Shown here: positions 1 to 9,410 of the stretch, piece by piece
Layout of the letters: each line of letters begins with the position of its first letter
Numbering within the stretch: position 1 is the stretch's first letter
Virus record (IMG/VR): IMGVR_UViG_3300037156_000148
Location: 5,687 to 69,686 of that record
Source of the DNA: a virus
Strand: one strand, 5' to 3'
DNA: 64,000 bases
Notes under the pieces: model-generated
Databases searched by the model: none
What the model was told of the DNA's origin: nothing
The model's input: the letters and a program-made list of their open reading frames with translations, nothing else
Translations under genes and position numbers: made by a program

Positions 1-2269
1 TTGATATAATAACACTGTCTTTCTTATCTTCTAACTTCCCCTTTAAGGCTATTGCAGATTGACGTTCTCTTTCTATTTTATCCAGTTCGGTGACAATTGA
101 TTTTATTTTCGCTCGATCAAAAGGAATGTCCAAATCTTCAACCGTATCTTTATTTAAAGTATCTCCTTTTGTAGCCCTGTTTGTGCTATAATCAATCTTC
201 GGTAATATATAATACAGATATTTCTTTATGGTTTCATCTTCAACTATTAGCCCCGCAATTGCTTCATTTGTATATAATGGTTTTTCGGTAATAGCAACCT
301 TCCCTATTGATAACTTAAAGCTAAAAAGCAACGTACCTTTGGGTAAAAGCTTTTGTGGTTTTATTGCCAAATCTGTAATTTTCTCTTCCGAATCTGATAT
401 ATACATATCGTCTCCGATGTCACTGATAGACACCCATACATTTTTCCCTCCAAACCAATACGAATCATCATCACGGGGAGGCGTGAACCCCATTATAATA
501 CGATTGTCTTTTAATAGGGATTTTAGTTTGACGGTTTTCACTATACTGTCTTTCTTGATATAGTTATTCATCGACAATTTGTATTCATTAGCCGTTATTG
601 TTTTTAAGTCAACAAAGAAGGAGTTGCCGCCTTTTTTTTCCTTCCATATTTGGCGCAATAATATCAAATCATCAAGTTCGATTTTTCTTCTCCCCTTAAT
701 GCTCCCTGTTTTCTTAAATCCATCTTCATTAACATCAAAAAACCAAACCTTTTTAGTCGTTTCTCCTTTGTGGAAAATTAAAATACTTGTAGGTTGCCCC
801 GTGTAAGGCTTAAACACAGAACTGTGCAATCTGATAACAGCCTCTACATTTGTATGTTCAAGTAATAGTTTACGTATCCTTATATGCTCTTTGGTGCTTT
901 CGAATAATACACCTTCTGGAACTACAACAGCGCACCTCCCTTTGTCATTTAAACTATCATAAATATGTTTTAGAAAAACAATATTGGCATCAGTTGTAGT
1001 GAAATCATAAAATGCCCCAAAATCTGTTTTTTGAGAGAAAGCATAGTTGCTTAAAACAACATCATACTCCCCTTTTACTGGAAATTCTAAAGAGTCTTTT
1101 TGCTCAACATTATTATGCCCATCGCCGATAATAATCATGTTCATTTTAGCTACCTTAGAAGTAGTAGAAATTTCTCTGCCAAATACCGTATTGTTCTCTA
1201 GTATCTCTAAATTCTCTTTAGTGTTTTTGCACTTATTTTTTATGTTCTTGAAGGCTTCAATTAAAAATCCCCCTGTCCCGCAACAGGGATCGTATATAGT
1301 TTCATTAAATTTAAGGTCTAAAAGCTCCACCATTAACTTAACAATGTGTCTTGGGGTAAAGTATTCACCCAAGTCATTACCTACGCTTATTGAGTTCTTT
1401 AAGAAGTACTCAAAGGCATCTCCCTTTATATCTGAATTGGTATCTAGCAAATTGCCAATTTTGGATATTTTATCTACAATTTCCTTTAGATTTTCGGCCT
1501 TATTGATAAGTAGCTTTTTATTGAAAATATCGCTCGTGTGATTATATTCTTTATCGAATCTTGGTAAAACTATTGAATTGATATATGTCTGTAATTCTTT
1601 AGCGGGTTTATCAGCATAGGATTCCCAACAAAACATTGTTTCTAGCCTTCTTTTTTCGCCTCTCTCTTCACGTTGCTTTTCAATATCACTAATCAGTTTT
1701 AAGAATAGGAGATTTGAAAATTCCGTGAAGCGTTCTTTGCCTTCGCTTAGTCCATCCTTTCTTAATATATCATTTGCCTCTTGAAATATCCTTATTAACT
1801 CTAATTTAGAATGTACAACTTTCTTTTCGCTAAATATTTTGCTGCCACCATCAATGAATAACTTTACCCTTTTTTCAGAAAGAAAATCCGTTACTACCTC
1901 TGAATTGTAATATAAATAGTCATTCTCGATAACGTGATATGATTGAATGAACAATCCATCTGTTATGAATACAATTTTCACTCCTAATGGAGTAGCGTAT
2001 TTTGCGATTGTTTCTCTTAATGTTTTTTCTAAATCCTTTCCAGGCCTTTTTGCTTCAATTATAGCAATTGGGTTTTTATCAGATGATGAGTATAAAACAT
2101 AGTCTGGCTTATTTCCCTTAAACTTTTTGTTTTCAGCCACCGTTCTTGCTCTTTCCGTATAGCAGTTACAGTCTGGGCTACTTTCATCAATATTCCATCC
2201 AAGATTAACAAGCCAGTTATTGATCTTGATTCGCGTAGAACTTTCTAAGGGATTGGTGAACTTTTTCAT
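1..2269 (-). CDS. Fused restriction-modification protein (HsdR_N-like nuclease + N6-adenine MTase + TRD), type IIG-like; runs off the left edge
   Basis: Manual translation from ATG 2269 (MKKFTNPLESSTRIKIN...). PD-(D/E)xK-like KPDYVLY..IIEAKR, GEYFTPRHIV, motif I YDPCCGTGGF, motif IV SNYAFS, HsdS-like C-terminus (GFTPPRDDDSYW..KLSIGKVAI..TNEAI). Absent from the ORF track because there is no stop in the window. Confidence 0.88.
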   Translation of the reverse strand, partial: MKKFTNPLESSTRIKINNWLVNLGWNIDESSPDCNCYTERARTVAENKKFKGNKPDYVLYSSSDKNPIAIIEAKRPGKDLEKTLRETIAKYATPLGVKIVFITDGLFIQSYHVIENDYLYYNSEVVTDFLSEKRVKLFIDGGSKIFSEKKVVHSKLELIRIFQEANDILRKDGLSEGKERFTEFSNLLFLKLISDIEKQREERGEKRRLETMFCWESYADKPAKELQTYINSIVLPRFDKEYNHTSDIFNKKLLINKAENLKEIVDKISKIGNLLDTNSDIKGDAFEYFLKNSISVGNDLGEYFTPRHIVKLMVELLDLKFNETIYDPCCGTGGFLIEAFKNIKNKCKNTKENLEILENNTVFGREISTTSKVAKMNMIIIGDGHNNVEQKDSLEFPVKGEYDVVLSNYAFSQKTDFGAFYDFTTTDANIVFLKHIYDSLNDKGRCAVVVPEGVLFESTKEHIRIRKLLLEHTNVEAVIRLHSSVFKPYTGQPTSILIFHKGETTKKVWFFDVNEDGFKKTGSIKGRRKIELDDLILLRQIWKEKKGGNSFFVDLKTITANEYKLSMNNYIKKDSIVKTVKLKSLLKDNRIIMGFTPPRDDDSYWFGGKNVWVSISDIGDDMYISDSEEKITDLAIKPQKLLPKGTLLFSFKLSIGKVAITEKPLYTNEAIAGLIVEDETIKKYLYYILPKIDYSTNRATKGDTLNKDTVEDLDIPFDRAKIKSIVTELDKIERERQSAIALKGKLEDKKDSVIIS

Positions 2270-2362
2270 TTTTACCTATGCTATCGGTGTCATTGCTCTT
2301 TAATTATAGAACAAAGATACCTGCGCACTACGCAATGAACTTACGTAGTAAAATAAAATCTT

Positions 2363-2385
2363 GTACATCCAAATATATCATTGCC
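2363..2385 (-). repeat. IS1595-type terminal inverted repeat (right end) bounding the type IIG R-M gene
   Basis: Reverse complement GGCAATGATATATTTggatgtac; terminal 15 bp identical to the TIR at 7227/11363. Confidence 0.75.
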
Positions 2386-2390
2386 ATAAT

Positions 2391-3110
2391 TTATAACCAT
2401 TTATTTTCAGCTAACCGTTTGTCTTCTTCTTTCTTCCCTGCTTTGATTTTCTTCAAAGCCTCCTCACGCTTGATATTATCGCGTTGCTGTTCATTATACC
2501 GCTCCTGTACTTGAAGGGATAGCTTTTTTAATTCCTCCCCCTGTTCTAAAAGAGCCTCAACATAACCTAAAGGTATATCAATTCCAGTCTCTAGTATGCT
2601 CTTCATTGATGGCTTGGCATCATCGAACCTATATACTAGCGTCACCTCTACCCTGTCGGATTTATCAATTTGACGCTGATGGAACAGCACCTTATCATTC
2701 AGTTTGTACAACCCGTTCTTTATCTTGATTATTAATCCCTTACGAGCAACCAGTCTGCCAAATAGCTGTGATACCGTACCTCTCGTCAATCCTGATGCCT
2801 TAGAAACGTGGCTAACACTATCATTCGTCCATACAAATTGAGATTTATACTTATATAGGCTTGTCAGTGCTAAAAGTATTAATATTTGCCCATCACTTAA
2901 CCCAAACGCTTCTCGTATGTTTTTAAGGTGGACAAACAAAAAATCCATCCTGTCTATGCCCTTAACCATCCTGCCCCTTTGTACGGTACTTGTTAAATCT
3001 TCTCTGTCCGTATTATCTTGTACCTCTGGTGTGAAATTCCAATCCACCCGCTTACGAGACTGTTCAGATGTTTTTAATCTCTTTTTTATTTTATCATTTT
3101 CGTATGCCAT
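2391..3110 (-). CDS. RepL-like winged-helix DNA-binding/replication protein
   Basis: HTH segment VSHVSKASGLTRGTVSQLFGRL followed by wing GLYKLNDKVLF. Confidence 0.5.
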   Translation of the reverse strand: MAYENDKIKKRLKTSEQSRKRVDWNFTPEVQDNTDREDLTSTVQRGRMVKGIDRMDFLFVHLKNIREAFGLSDGQILILLALTSLYKYKSQFVWTNDSVSHVSKASGLTRGTVSQLFGRLVARKGLIIKIKNGLYKLNDKVLFHQRQIDKSDRVEVTLVYRFDDAKPSMKSILETGIDIPLGYVEALLEQGEELKKLSLQVQERYNEQQRDNIKREEALKKIKAGKKEEDKRLAENKWL

Positions 3111-3154
3111 TATATGTCTATATCTAATTTACCGTACACAAATGTACCTTTTTA

Positions 3155-3185
3155 TTTGGAAACTCAAAAATATTTAGTAGGTTTG
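3155..3185 (+). promoter_or_regulatory. Bacteroidota housekeeping-sigma promoter
   Basis: TTTG (3155) N19 TAGGTTTG (3178), just upstream of ATG 3190. Confidence 0.6.
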
Positions 3186-3189
3186 GGAA

Positions 3190-3465
3190 ATGAAACAAAG
3201 CACTAAATTAAACTGGAACGATTGGAAAACCTTTTGGCTGTCACACTGGAAGATGGTACGCAATTACTTTATCTACTTGTGGTATAACCTAAAGACTTCG
3301 GGCGCAGCCTTTGTAATTGTAATAGGGCATAATGTTTTTCAAAGGGGAGACACATTGAATGTGGGACTGCCATCACAAATTATAGTTCTAAAGAATCTTG
3401 GAGAAGATAATCAAGGTCATTACTCATTGATAGTCAAACTATACCAACATGAAAAAATTACTTAA
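3190..3465 (+). CDS. Hypothetical phage protein
   Basis: ORF downstream of promoter, overlapping next ORF. Confidence 0.5.
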   Translation: MKQSTKLNWNDWKTFWLSHWKMVRNYFIYLWYNLKTSGAAFVIVIGHNVFQRGDTLNVGLPSQIIVLKNLGEDNQGHYSLIVKLYQHEKIT

Positions 3466-3652
3466 CAACATCAAAACTTGGTGGAAGCACTACCTCGATC
3501 TCCGGCATCACGGGGTCAATCCGCATAGGAAGCTATACACTAATAATGGTATCATTACAATACCTAAAGGTAGACACACAATAAAACTACCTTCACACTG
3601 GGCTTCCTTTGATAACGACATCCACCAAGACGAACAACATCAAATCAATTAG
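3449..3652 (+). CDS. Hypothetical phage protein
   Basis: Operonic ORF. Confidence 0.5.
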   Translation: MKKLLNNIKTWWKHYLDLRHHGVNPHRKLYTNNGIITIPKGRHTIKLPSHWASFDNDIHQDEQHQIN

Positions 3653-3654
3653 TT

Positions 3655-3927
3655 ATGAAAGTAATGAGCCTTAGTATAAATAGAGGAAAGGATGTTTGTG
3701 TTGGAATCAGAATACGAGCATATGATGCAATATCGGGTGAAGTGGTAGGGGAGTTTGATAGTGCGACTAAAGCAGCAAATAGTTTATTTATTCATAGATG
3801 TAGCATTGGTTCTATTATAAGAAATGCTACTCAAATGGCTAAATTACAAAAAAATGGGAAAGGTAGAATGAAGGGGATAACGTCTTACAAAACTGGACTT
3901 AAATATAATTTCTCCATAATCAATTAG
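3655..3927 (+). CDS. NUMOD1-like HTH DNA-binding protein
   Basis: GEVVGEFDSATKAANSLFIHRCSIGSII matches the NUMOD1/IENR1 pattern. Confidence 0.6.
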   Translation: MKVMSLSINRGKDVCVGIRIRAYDAISGEVVGEFDSATKAANSLFIHRCSIGSIIRNATQMAKLQKNGKGRMKGITSYKTGLKYNFSIIN

Positions 3928-4022
3928 CCAACACCCCCTCAAATACAATATAATCCCTTGATCTATACCCGTTAAATAGCTAACAACTCCCCGTATAACC
4001 GGCCCCATATCCAAAATAAATA

Positions 4023-4045
4023 GGCAATGATATATCAATTTACAC
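4023..4045 (+). repeat. Solo IS1595-type terminal repeat (left end)
   Basis: GGCAATGATATATCAATTTACAC, 21/23 identical to the TIR at 7227. Confidence 0.8.
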
Positions 4046-4105
4046 TAGATAACTTATTAAAATAATCATACATTAGCTTTATTATTAAACCATAAATTAT
4101 ATATC

Positions 4106-4321
4106 ATGGCAAACGAATTATTTAAGGAAGGAGATAGGCTAAGAATGAAAGATAGTGTTACACATGCTCAAAACTCACGAGCGGAAGATGTGAGAGATCA
4201 GACATTGCTATTTGTTCATTATAGCAATAACATCAGCGATCCTAAAATGGTAGGATGTAGAATAGAAAATGGAGGTGGTGGAATTTTTACTTTCGCCGAA
4301 AATCAACTTGAAAAAATATAG
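4106..4321 (+). CDS. Small hypothetical protein, likely IS cargo
   Basis: 71-aa ORF immediately inside the 4023 IR, followed by a terminator. Confidence 0.55.
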   Translation: MANELFKEGDRLRMKDSVTHAQNSRAEDVRDQTLLFVHYSNNISDPKMVGCRIENGGGGIFTFAENQLEKI

Positions 4322-4330
4322 CCTTATTTA

Positions 4331-4359
4331 TAGCCCTCTCCAAAAGAGAGGGCTATTTT
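4331..4359 (+). terminator. Intrinsic terminator hairpin
   Basis: TAGCCCTCTC-caaaa-GAGAGGGCTA followed by TTTT. Confidence 0.7.
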
Positions 4360-5187
4360 CCTATTTGCCTTTTGCACCTGTCATGTCAGTCCATTGCTTT
4401 ATAGTAAGCCCCCTTTCCTGTACAGCTTTTAGTACGGCGCTCATTTGAGCGCCATCATATTTCTTATTATATTTTTTCTCCCAAGCATCTAGAAGGCAAA
4501 TCACCGTAATATCTTATCAAATTCGTCCTGTTACCGCCCTTGTTGAAGTAGATAGACTCGATCATGAGGCAAAGGTAATATTTCATACAACACACCGTAC
4601 CGACAGCGTACAAGGCCTAATTATACAAACATACCACCTACCGCTACTGACTGAAATTTCATAAGTGTAAGAGTGTGTTGCCTGGTGGTGGGGGGGGGGC
4701 TTGTGAGGGGCGTTCCGGGATCTACCGGGTGCCTTCCAAAAAAGGAATTTCCCGCAAAAGATTTAATAGATGGTCAAATACCTACCGTGTAAAGTCGGGG
4801 AGTATATGTCTAACTGGTCTATGGTCTGCACAATGTGGCTAAATGTAACGTATCTAAGGCGTGAGGGGAGAACTATATCAAGCCAATGGATTGTGTCATC
4901 TAGGGTTAAAGTGTCTTAGATTGGCTGTGAATGATTAAACTATGATAGATAGCACTGCGTATTTAACATAATAGTATTTTTATGTTACAATTTGACTATT
5001 GATTATCAATACTAATGTGAATAGTTATAAAGTGTTGACAGTTTGGCAGACTAATGAGGATTGAAACTATCTTAATCAAGACATTGAATATCATTCGATT
5101 AACCCTATTATTGTCTTATAAGCCTATTTGAAGTCGTTTTAAACTCGATGGATGGATTTGAACTAGGGGAATGTGGGGAGGATTGCC

Positions 5188-5664
5188 TTAAATGTACTTT
5201 AGATTGGATGGATACTTACTTACTCTTGATCCATGAAACAGGCAAACGGGGTTAATATGATAGGTGCCGGAGATTGAACTACTACATATAAGGGATGATT
5301 GCAGCAGTTCTTTTATCCCTCTTTGATATGTTCGTTTGGTTACGATTGCCTTTTTGCAATACAAATCTACATTGATGTGAATATTATCATGACCGGCCTG
5401 CAATGAGTATCCAATCCAGATCCATAAGCTCAAAGCGGAACCGGTGAGCCGCATTACGGTATCCCGAACGCGAGTATTATTAAATACCTTGTGATAATCA
5501 TCTGCATCAAGCCAGACCTCTTTAGGAGCTAAAATTGGCGACAAAATTGTCCCAACGTTCACAAGTTCTTTAGTAGGTGGAAGCATCCTAACAGGAACCT
5601 CAAATCTACTGTTAGCAAAGGGATTAGCCTCTTTTGGACCCGATTTTATTGGTATGTCTTTCAT
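5188..5664 (-). CDS. RepL-like winged-helix protein
   Basis: KRTYQRGIKELL..GTYHINPVCLFHGSR resembles the RepL C-terminal signature. Confidence 0.6.
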   Translation of the reverse strand: MKDIPIKSGPKEANPFANSRFEVPVRMLPPTKELVNVGTILSPILAPKEVWLDADDYHKVFNNTRVRDTVMRLTGSALSLWIWIGYSLQAGHDNIHINVDLYCKKAIVTKRTYQRGIKELLQSSLICSSSISGTYHINPVCLFHGSRVSKYPSNLKYI

Positions 5665-6112
5665 TTGGCAAATATACTACAAATAATAGCAATAACGACA
5701 TTGATGTCATTATAATTATTAATCATAAATAAGCCACACAAAGCGTTTAAGGGCCAATTTAACAAATAAAGAATTGTGATTGTATTATATAAGCACTATT
5801 TTTATTCAAGGAAAGCACACGCATTAGCGAGGGGGGTTATACAGTCATTCGCCTATCATTTACCTTGTGATATTTTGATAGTCCCGATTTTGTGGTCTTT
5901 TTTAAGCTGTTTAAGGCAGTTCATTATCTTCCTTGTGGATTGGTCATTTATTGGGAGTTATGACCTTGTGAGAGAGATTTAAGGCTATTTCTTGGGGTTA
6001 TATAGATTTTATTGTGGTGGATGTGCTGGATCTGCGAGATTTGGAGCTATGGAGTAGGTTAATGAGGTCTTATGATTGTTTCCGCTTCGCTCCAACTTAA
6101 CCGGCTACGCCT

Positions 6113-6304
6113 TTAAGGATTAAAAAAAACTGCAAATGTTTGATCCCATCCAGGCAGCTTTATACATAGCGCTTTTCGTCTTTGGCTTAGTCTCTGTCTA
6201 TCCTTTTCAGACAATTGCAAATGATTTGTGACCGACAATTTTAGATTTATCTCATTAATTTCGGCGTGTCTTTTGTCCTCTTTGATTGCTTCCTGGTCTG
6301 TCAT
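6113..6304 (-). CDS. Hypothetical phage protein
   Basis: ATGA overlap with upstream ORF. Confidence 0.5.
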   Translation of the reverse strand: MTDQEAIKEDKRHAEINEINLKLSVTNHLQLSEKDRQRLSQRRKALCIKLPGWDQTFAVFFNP

Positions 6305-6480
6305 AACGTGGCTTTCAGGTCTTTAATCATGAGATCATTTATATACTTCGTAGGACTAGCTTTGCCGTCCTTATTGGTATGCTTTAATTCCTTACAACGC
6401 TGTATTAGCAAGGCTTTCAAGGCTATTGGTAAGCGTCCTGATACTGCGTAATATTCTTTATTTTCTTTTAATCGTGCCAT
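6301..6480 (-). CDS. Small ribbon-helix-helix-like regulator (59 aa)
   Basis: Manual translation MARLKENKEYYAVSGRLPIALKALLIQRCKELKHTNKDGKASPTKYINDLMIKDLKATL. Confidence 0.5.
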   Translation of the reverse strand: MARLKENKEYYAVSGRLPIALKALLIQRCKELKHTNKDGKASPTKYINDLMIKDLKATL

Positions 6481-6550
6481 TATTGCATTATTTAGTTAGT
6501 GCGAATGTACTATTTATTAATTAATTCGCAAAGGTTAATTATTTAATTCA

Positions 6551-6573
6551 GGTAATGATATACAAATTTACAC
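6551..6573 (+). repeat. Degenerate IS1595-type terminal repeat (left end of an older element)
   Basis: GGTAATGATATACAAATTTACAC, 19/23 identical to the TIR at 7227. Confidence 0.7.
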
Positions 6574-6624
6574 CGAATGCCTGAAATAAAAAGCCCTACT
6601 GTTAGTAGGGACTTCGATACTCGA

Positions 6625-6693
6625 TTATCTAAAATCTATTCTCTTTGTCTTTAATACTAGCAGTAGGACTGCAATAATTATTACCGTTGTCAT
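6625..6693 (-). CDS. 22-aa hydrophobic peptide, type I toxin-like
   Basis: MTTVIIIAVLLLVLKTKRIDFR followed by hairpin at ~6591-6614. Confidence 0.35.
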   Translation of the reverse strand: MTTVIIIAVLLLVLKTKRIDFR

Positions 6694-6780
6694 CGCTGAT
6701 TTGGGTTTTATTATTTTCAATAGCAAGCAAGCCTTTCGGGTTGTCCATTGCATTGTAAATATATTAAAATCTGTCGGTTA

Positions 6781-7226
6781 TTATTTGTTCTTCTTTTTAG
6801 AACTCGTTCCCTTATTAGCTTTCTTGGGTTTCGCATCAGGGTCAACATCCTTATTCTTTGGTGGTTTTGGCACATCAAGCATTCCCTTTAGTAGCGTATC
6901 AAAGGGCTTTTCTTCTTTTGGAGTATCTTCTTTTTTGACCTCTTTAACTTCTTTGTCAGGCTCTATATCATTTACCGTTAGTTCAAGTTGACCATGTTTC
7001 CGCTGGTTCATTTTATTGAAATTCTCTAAAAACTGTTTCCAGTTATCTGAGAAACGCATGATAGCTATAACCTGATTTAGTTGCGCCGACAAGTGCGGGT
7101 TGCCTGTATCGGGTGTTAGGCTCTGAAAAAAACGCGCTGTATAATTACCAGCTTTGCTTTTCGGGGTTTTCTTCTTTAATTCCTCAAGAACACCTTTTGG
7201 TAATTGCCGATATATAACATTGTTTG
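6781..7226 (-). pseudogene. 5'-truncated P63C-domain protein
   Basis: Frame is open up to the TIR at 7227: NNVIYRQLPKGVLEELKKKTPKSKAGNYTARFFQSLTPDTGNPHLSAQL, the P63C C-terminal half. Confidence 0.8.
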
Positions 7227-7341
7227 GGCAATGATATATTTATTTACACCTCAGTCCAGTAAAAATACCATAAATTCTTGGGTGGGGATAAAATGTTAAT
7301 CAAATAAATTCGTTTCTATTTCCCGTTTCCTACTTTTAAAG

Positions 7342-8562
7342 ATGCTAAGAAATACAGCCGAATATGATGTGCTCACAAATGAAGAAAGGAGCATTACGAT
7401 TTATAAGGAAAACAACACCCCAACCGATTCTTCAAAAGTAACAGCCAAAACACCCCTTTCTGAATTGAATCTAAATTGGTCAGAAAAGGATTTGCCAGAA
7501 AGAAATAGAACAAAGCACGTTCACAGGCTACACCCGTATTTGGGAAAATATATTCCTCAACTTGTTGAAATATTTTTGAGGAAATACTTTAAACCAGGTC
7601 AAACAGTCCTTGACCCGTTTAGCGGTTCAGGAACAACGCTTGTTCAGGCCCAGGAGCTTGGCATCAACAGTGTGGGCTTTGACATTTCAGAATTCAATGT
7701 AAAATTAGGAGAGGTAAAAACAGCGGATTATAATATTCCTCTTTTAAAAACAGAAATAGCGGATATACTTAAACAAATGGAGGGTAATTTGTTTTCCGGT
7801 AATGTCGATGTAGACAAACTGGTAAAAGAAAGCAACGATTATTTGCGCCAATGGTTTGCGCCAGAAGCGCTTCGGCAGCTACTTCTGTTTAGACATTTAT
7901 TAGAAAACTATACATATAAAGACCTTTATAGAATTATCTTATCCCGATCAGCCAGATCGTCAAGATTAGTTACTCATTTCGATTTAGACTTCCCAAAAAA
8001 GCCCCAAATAGACCCATACCACTGTTATAAGCATTCGAGAATGTGTCAGCCCACAACCGAGTCTATTCAATTTTTAATAAGGTACTCATTAGACACAGTA
8101 AAACGAATTGAAGAATTTTCAAAACTAAAAACTAAAGCTACCGTATCGGTTCGGCATGTTGATAGTAGATACGGTGATCCGGGGCAAGTGGACGGAATAA
8201 TTACATCTCCCCCTTATGTGGGATTGATTGACTATCACGAACAACATACATATGCCTATAATTTATTGGGGTTAAAAGATAATTCAGAAAGCGAAATAGG
8301 GCCTGCCAAAAAAGGGTCAAGTATAAAAGCAAAAGAGGACTATAAAGCAGCTATGGCCCAAGTTTTCCTAAATACAAGTAAGCATGTAAAGGAGAAAGGG
8401 AAAATAATTGTTGTAGCTGGTGATAGAAATAATCTATATCCTGAAATTGGAGAAAGAGCAAATCTTCGATTAGATGCTAAAGTTGAAAGGCATGTTAATA
8501 GAAGAACAGGAAGACGCTCTACTCCATTTTTTGAAACGGTTTTTATCTTCACCAAAAAATAA
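7342..8562 (+). CDS. Type II DNA methyltransferase, probably N4-cytosine
   Basis: HRLHPYLGKYIPQL, motif I VLDPFSGSGTT, motif IV ITSPPY. Confidence 0.9.
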   Translation: MLRNTAEYDVLTNEERSITIYKENNTPTDSSKVTAKTPLSELNLNWSEKDLPERNRTKHVHRLHPYLGKYIPQLVEIFLRKYFKPGQTVLDPFSGSGTTLVQAQELGINSVGFDISEFNVKLGEVKTADYNIPLLKTEIADILKQMEGNLFSGNVDVDKLVKESNDYLRQWFAPEALRQLLLFRHLLENYTYKDLYRIILSRSARSSRLVTHFDLDFPKKPQIDPYHCYKHSRMCQPTTESIQFLIRYSLDTVKRIEEFSKLKTKATVSVRHVDSRYGDPGQVDGIITSPPYVGLIDYHEQHTYAYNLLGLKDNSESEIGPAKKGSSIKAKEDYKAAMAQVFLNTSKHVKEKGKIIVVAGDRNNLYPEIGERANLRLDAKVERHVNRRTGRRSTPFFETVFIFTKK

Positions 8563-8574
8563 TTCTCTCTTTAA

Positions 8575-9405
8575 ATGGCTAACGAAAATGTTGCTGAAGG
8601 GATAAAACTGGTTGTTCAAACTATGATGGACAGGGTTATGAATAACGTCCTTAATGTAGACCCCTTTCTGCCGGACGTACACAAAGCGAATAAACCATTA
8701 TACGCTGCTCTTGTCCCTGATGAAATATTTAAAGGTTCTCATTTTGAAAGAAGGTTTGTTACTCCCTTTGGTGGTGTTTGGGAAAAACTTGCCAAAGTAG
8801 TGGCCACAGAAGCATTAGGTAAATGTGAATTAGGTTTTATGATTCACGGGAATGTAGGCATGGAAAGGCTTAGAAGGATAAGCGAGGTTTTAAATAACCT
8901 TGAACATTCAACAAAAGGAAAAGATAGAATACATCCTGAATGGGAAAGGGAACTTAACTATATTTTAGAGGGCGGTGGAGAAATGATACCCGTTCATGTT
9001 ATATGTGATGTGTATGTGGAAGATGTGAAGAACAATTTGAAATACTCTTTTGAGCTAAAAGCACCTTTGCCAAATAGCGATCAAACCAAAGTAAGCAAAG
9101 AGAAGATTTTCAAGTTATATGCAATGGAGCCACGAATTATTAACGAGGCGTATTATGCTCTGCCATATAATCCATACGGTAAAAGAGAAAATTATGAGTG
9201 GTCTTTCCCGGCCAGGTGGTTCAATATGAAAAAAGACCCGTCCGTATTGATAGGGGATGAATTTTGGGATAAAATTGGCGGGAATGGAACCTATCAACTG
9301 TTTATCTCTGAGATCAACAAATTAGGGTTGGACTACCGAGAAAGAATTTATAGAGAGTATTTAGGAATTGAACCGCCAGAGGGATTTGATGATATAAAAA
9401 TATAG
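8575..9405 (+). CDS. Type II restriction endonuclease, TdeIII/MjaII-like
   Basis: FERRFVTPFGGVWEKLA, catalytic CDVYV..FELKAPLPNSDQ, ALPYNPYG; adjacent to the MTase. Confidence 0.85.
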   Translation: MANENVAEGIKLVVQTMMDRVMNNVLNVDPFLPDVHKANKPLYAALVPDEIFKGSHFERRFVTPFGGVWEKLAKVVATEALGKCELGFMIHGNVGMERLRRISEVLNNLEHSTKGKDRIHPEWERELNYILEGGGEMIPVHVICDVYVEDVKNNLKYSFELKAPLPNSDQTKVSKEKIFKLYAMEPRIINEAYYALPYNPYGKRENYEWSFPARWFNMKKDPSVLIGDEFWDKIGGNGTYQLFISEINKLGLDYRERIYREYLGIEPPEGFDDIKI

Positions 9406-9410
9406 ATCAA

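Noticed and set aside
228-1541. Plus-strand ORFs here, and many short plus-strand ORFs across 27-64 kb
   Set aside because: Antisense shadows of well-supported minus-strand genes.
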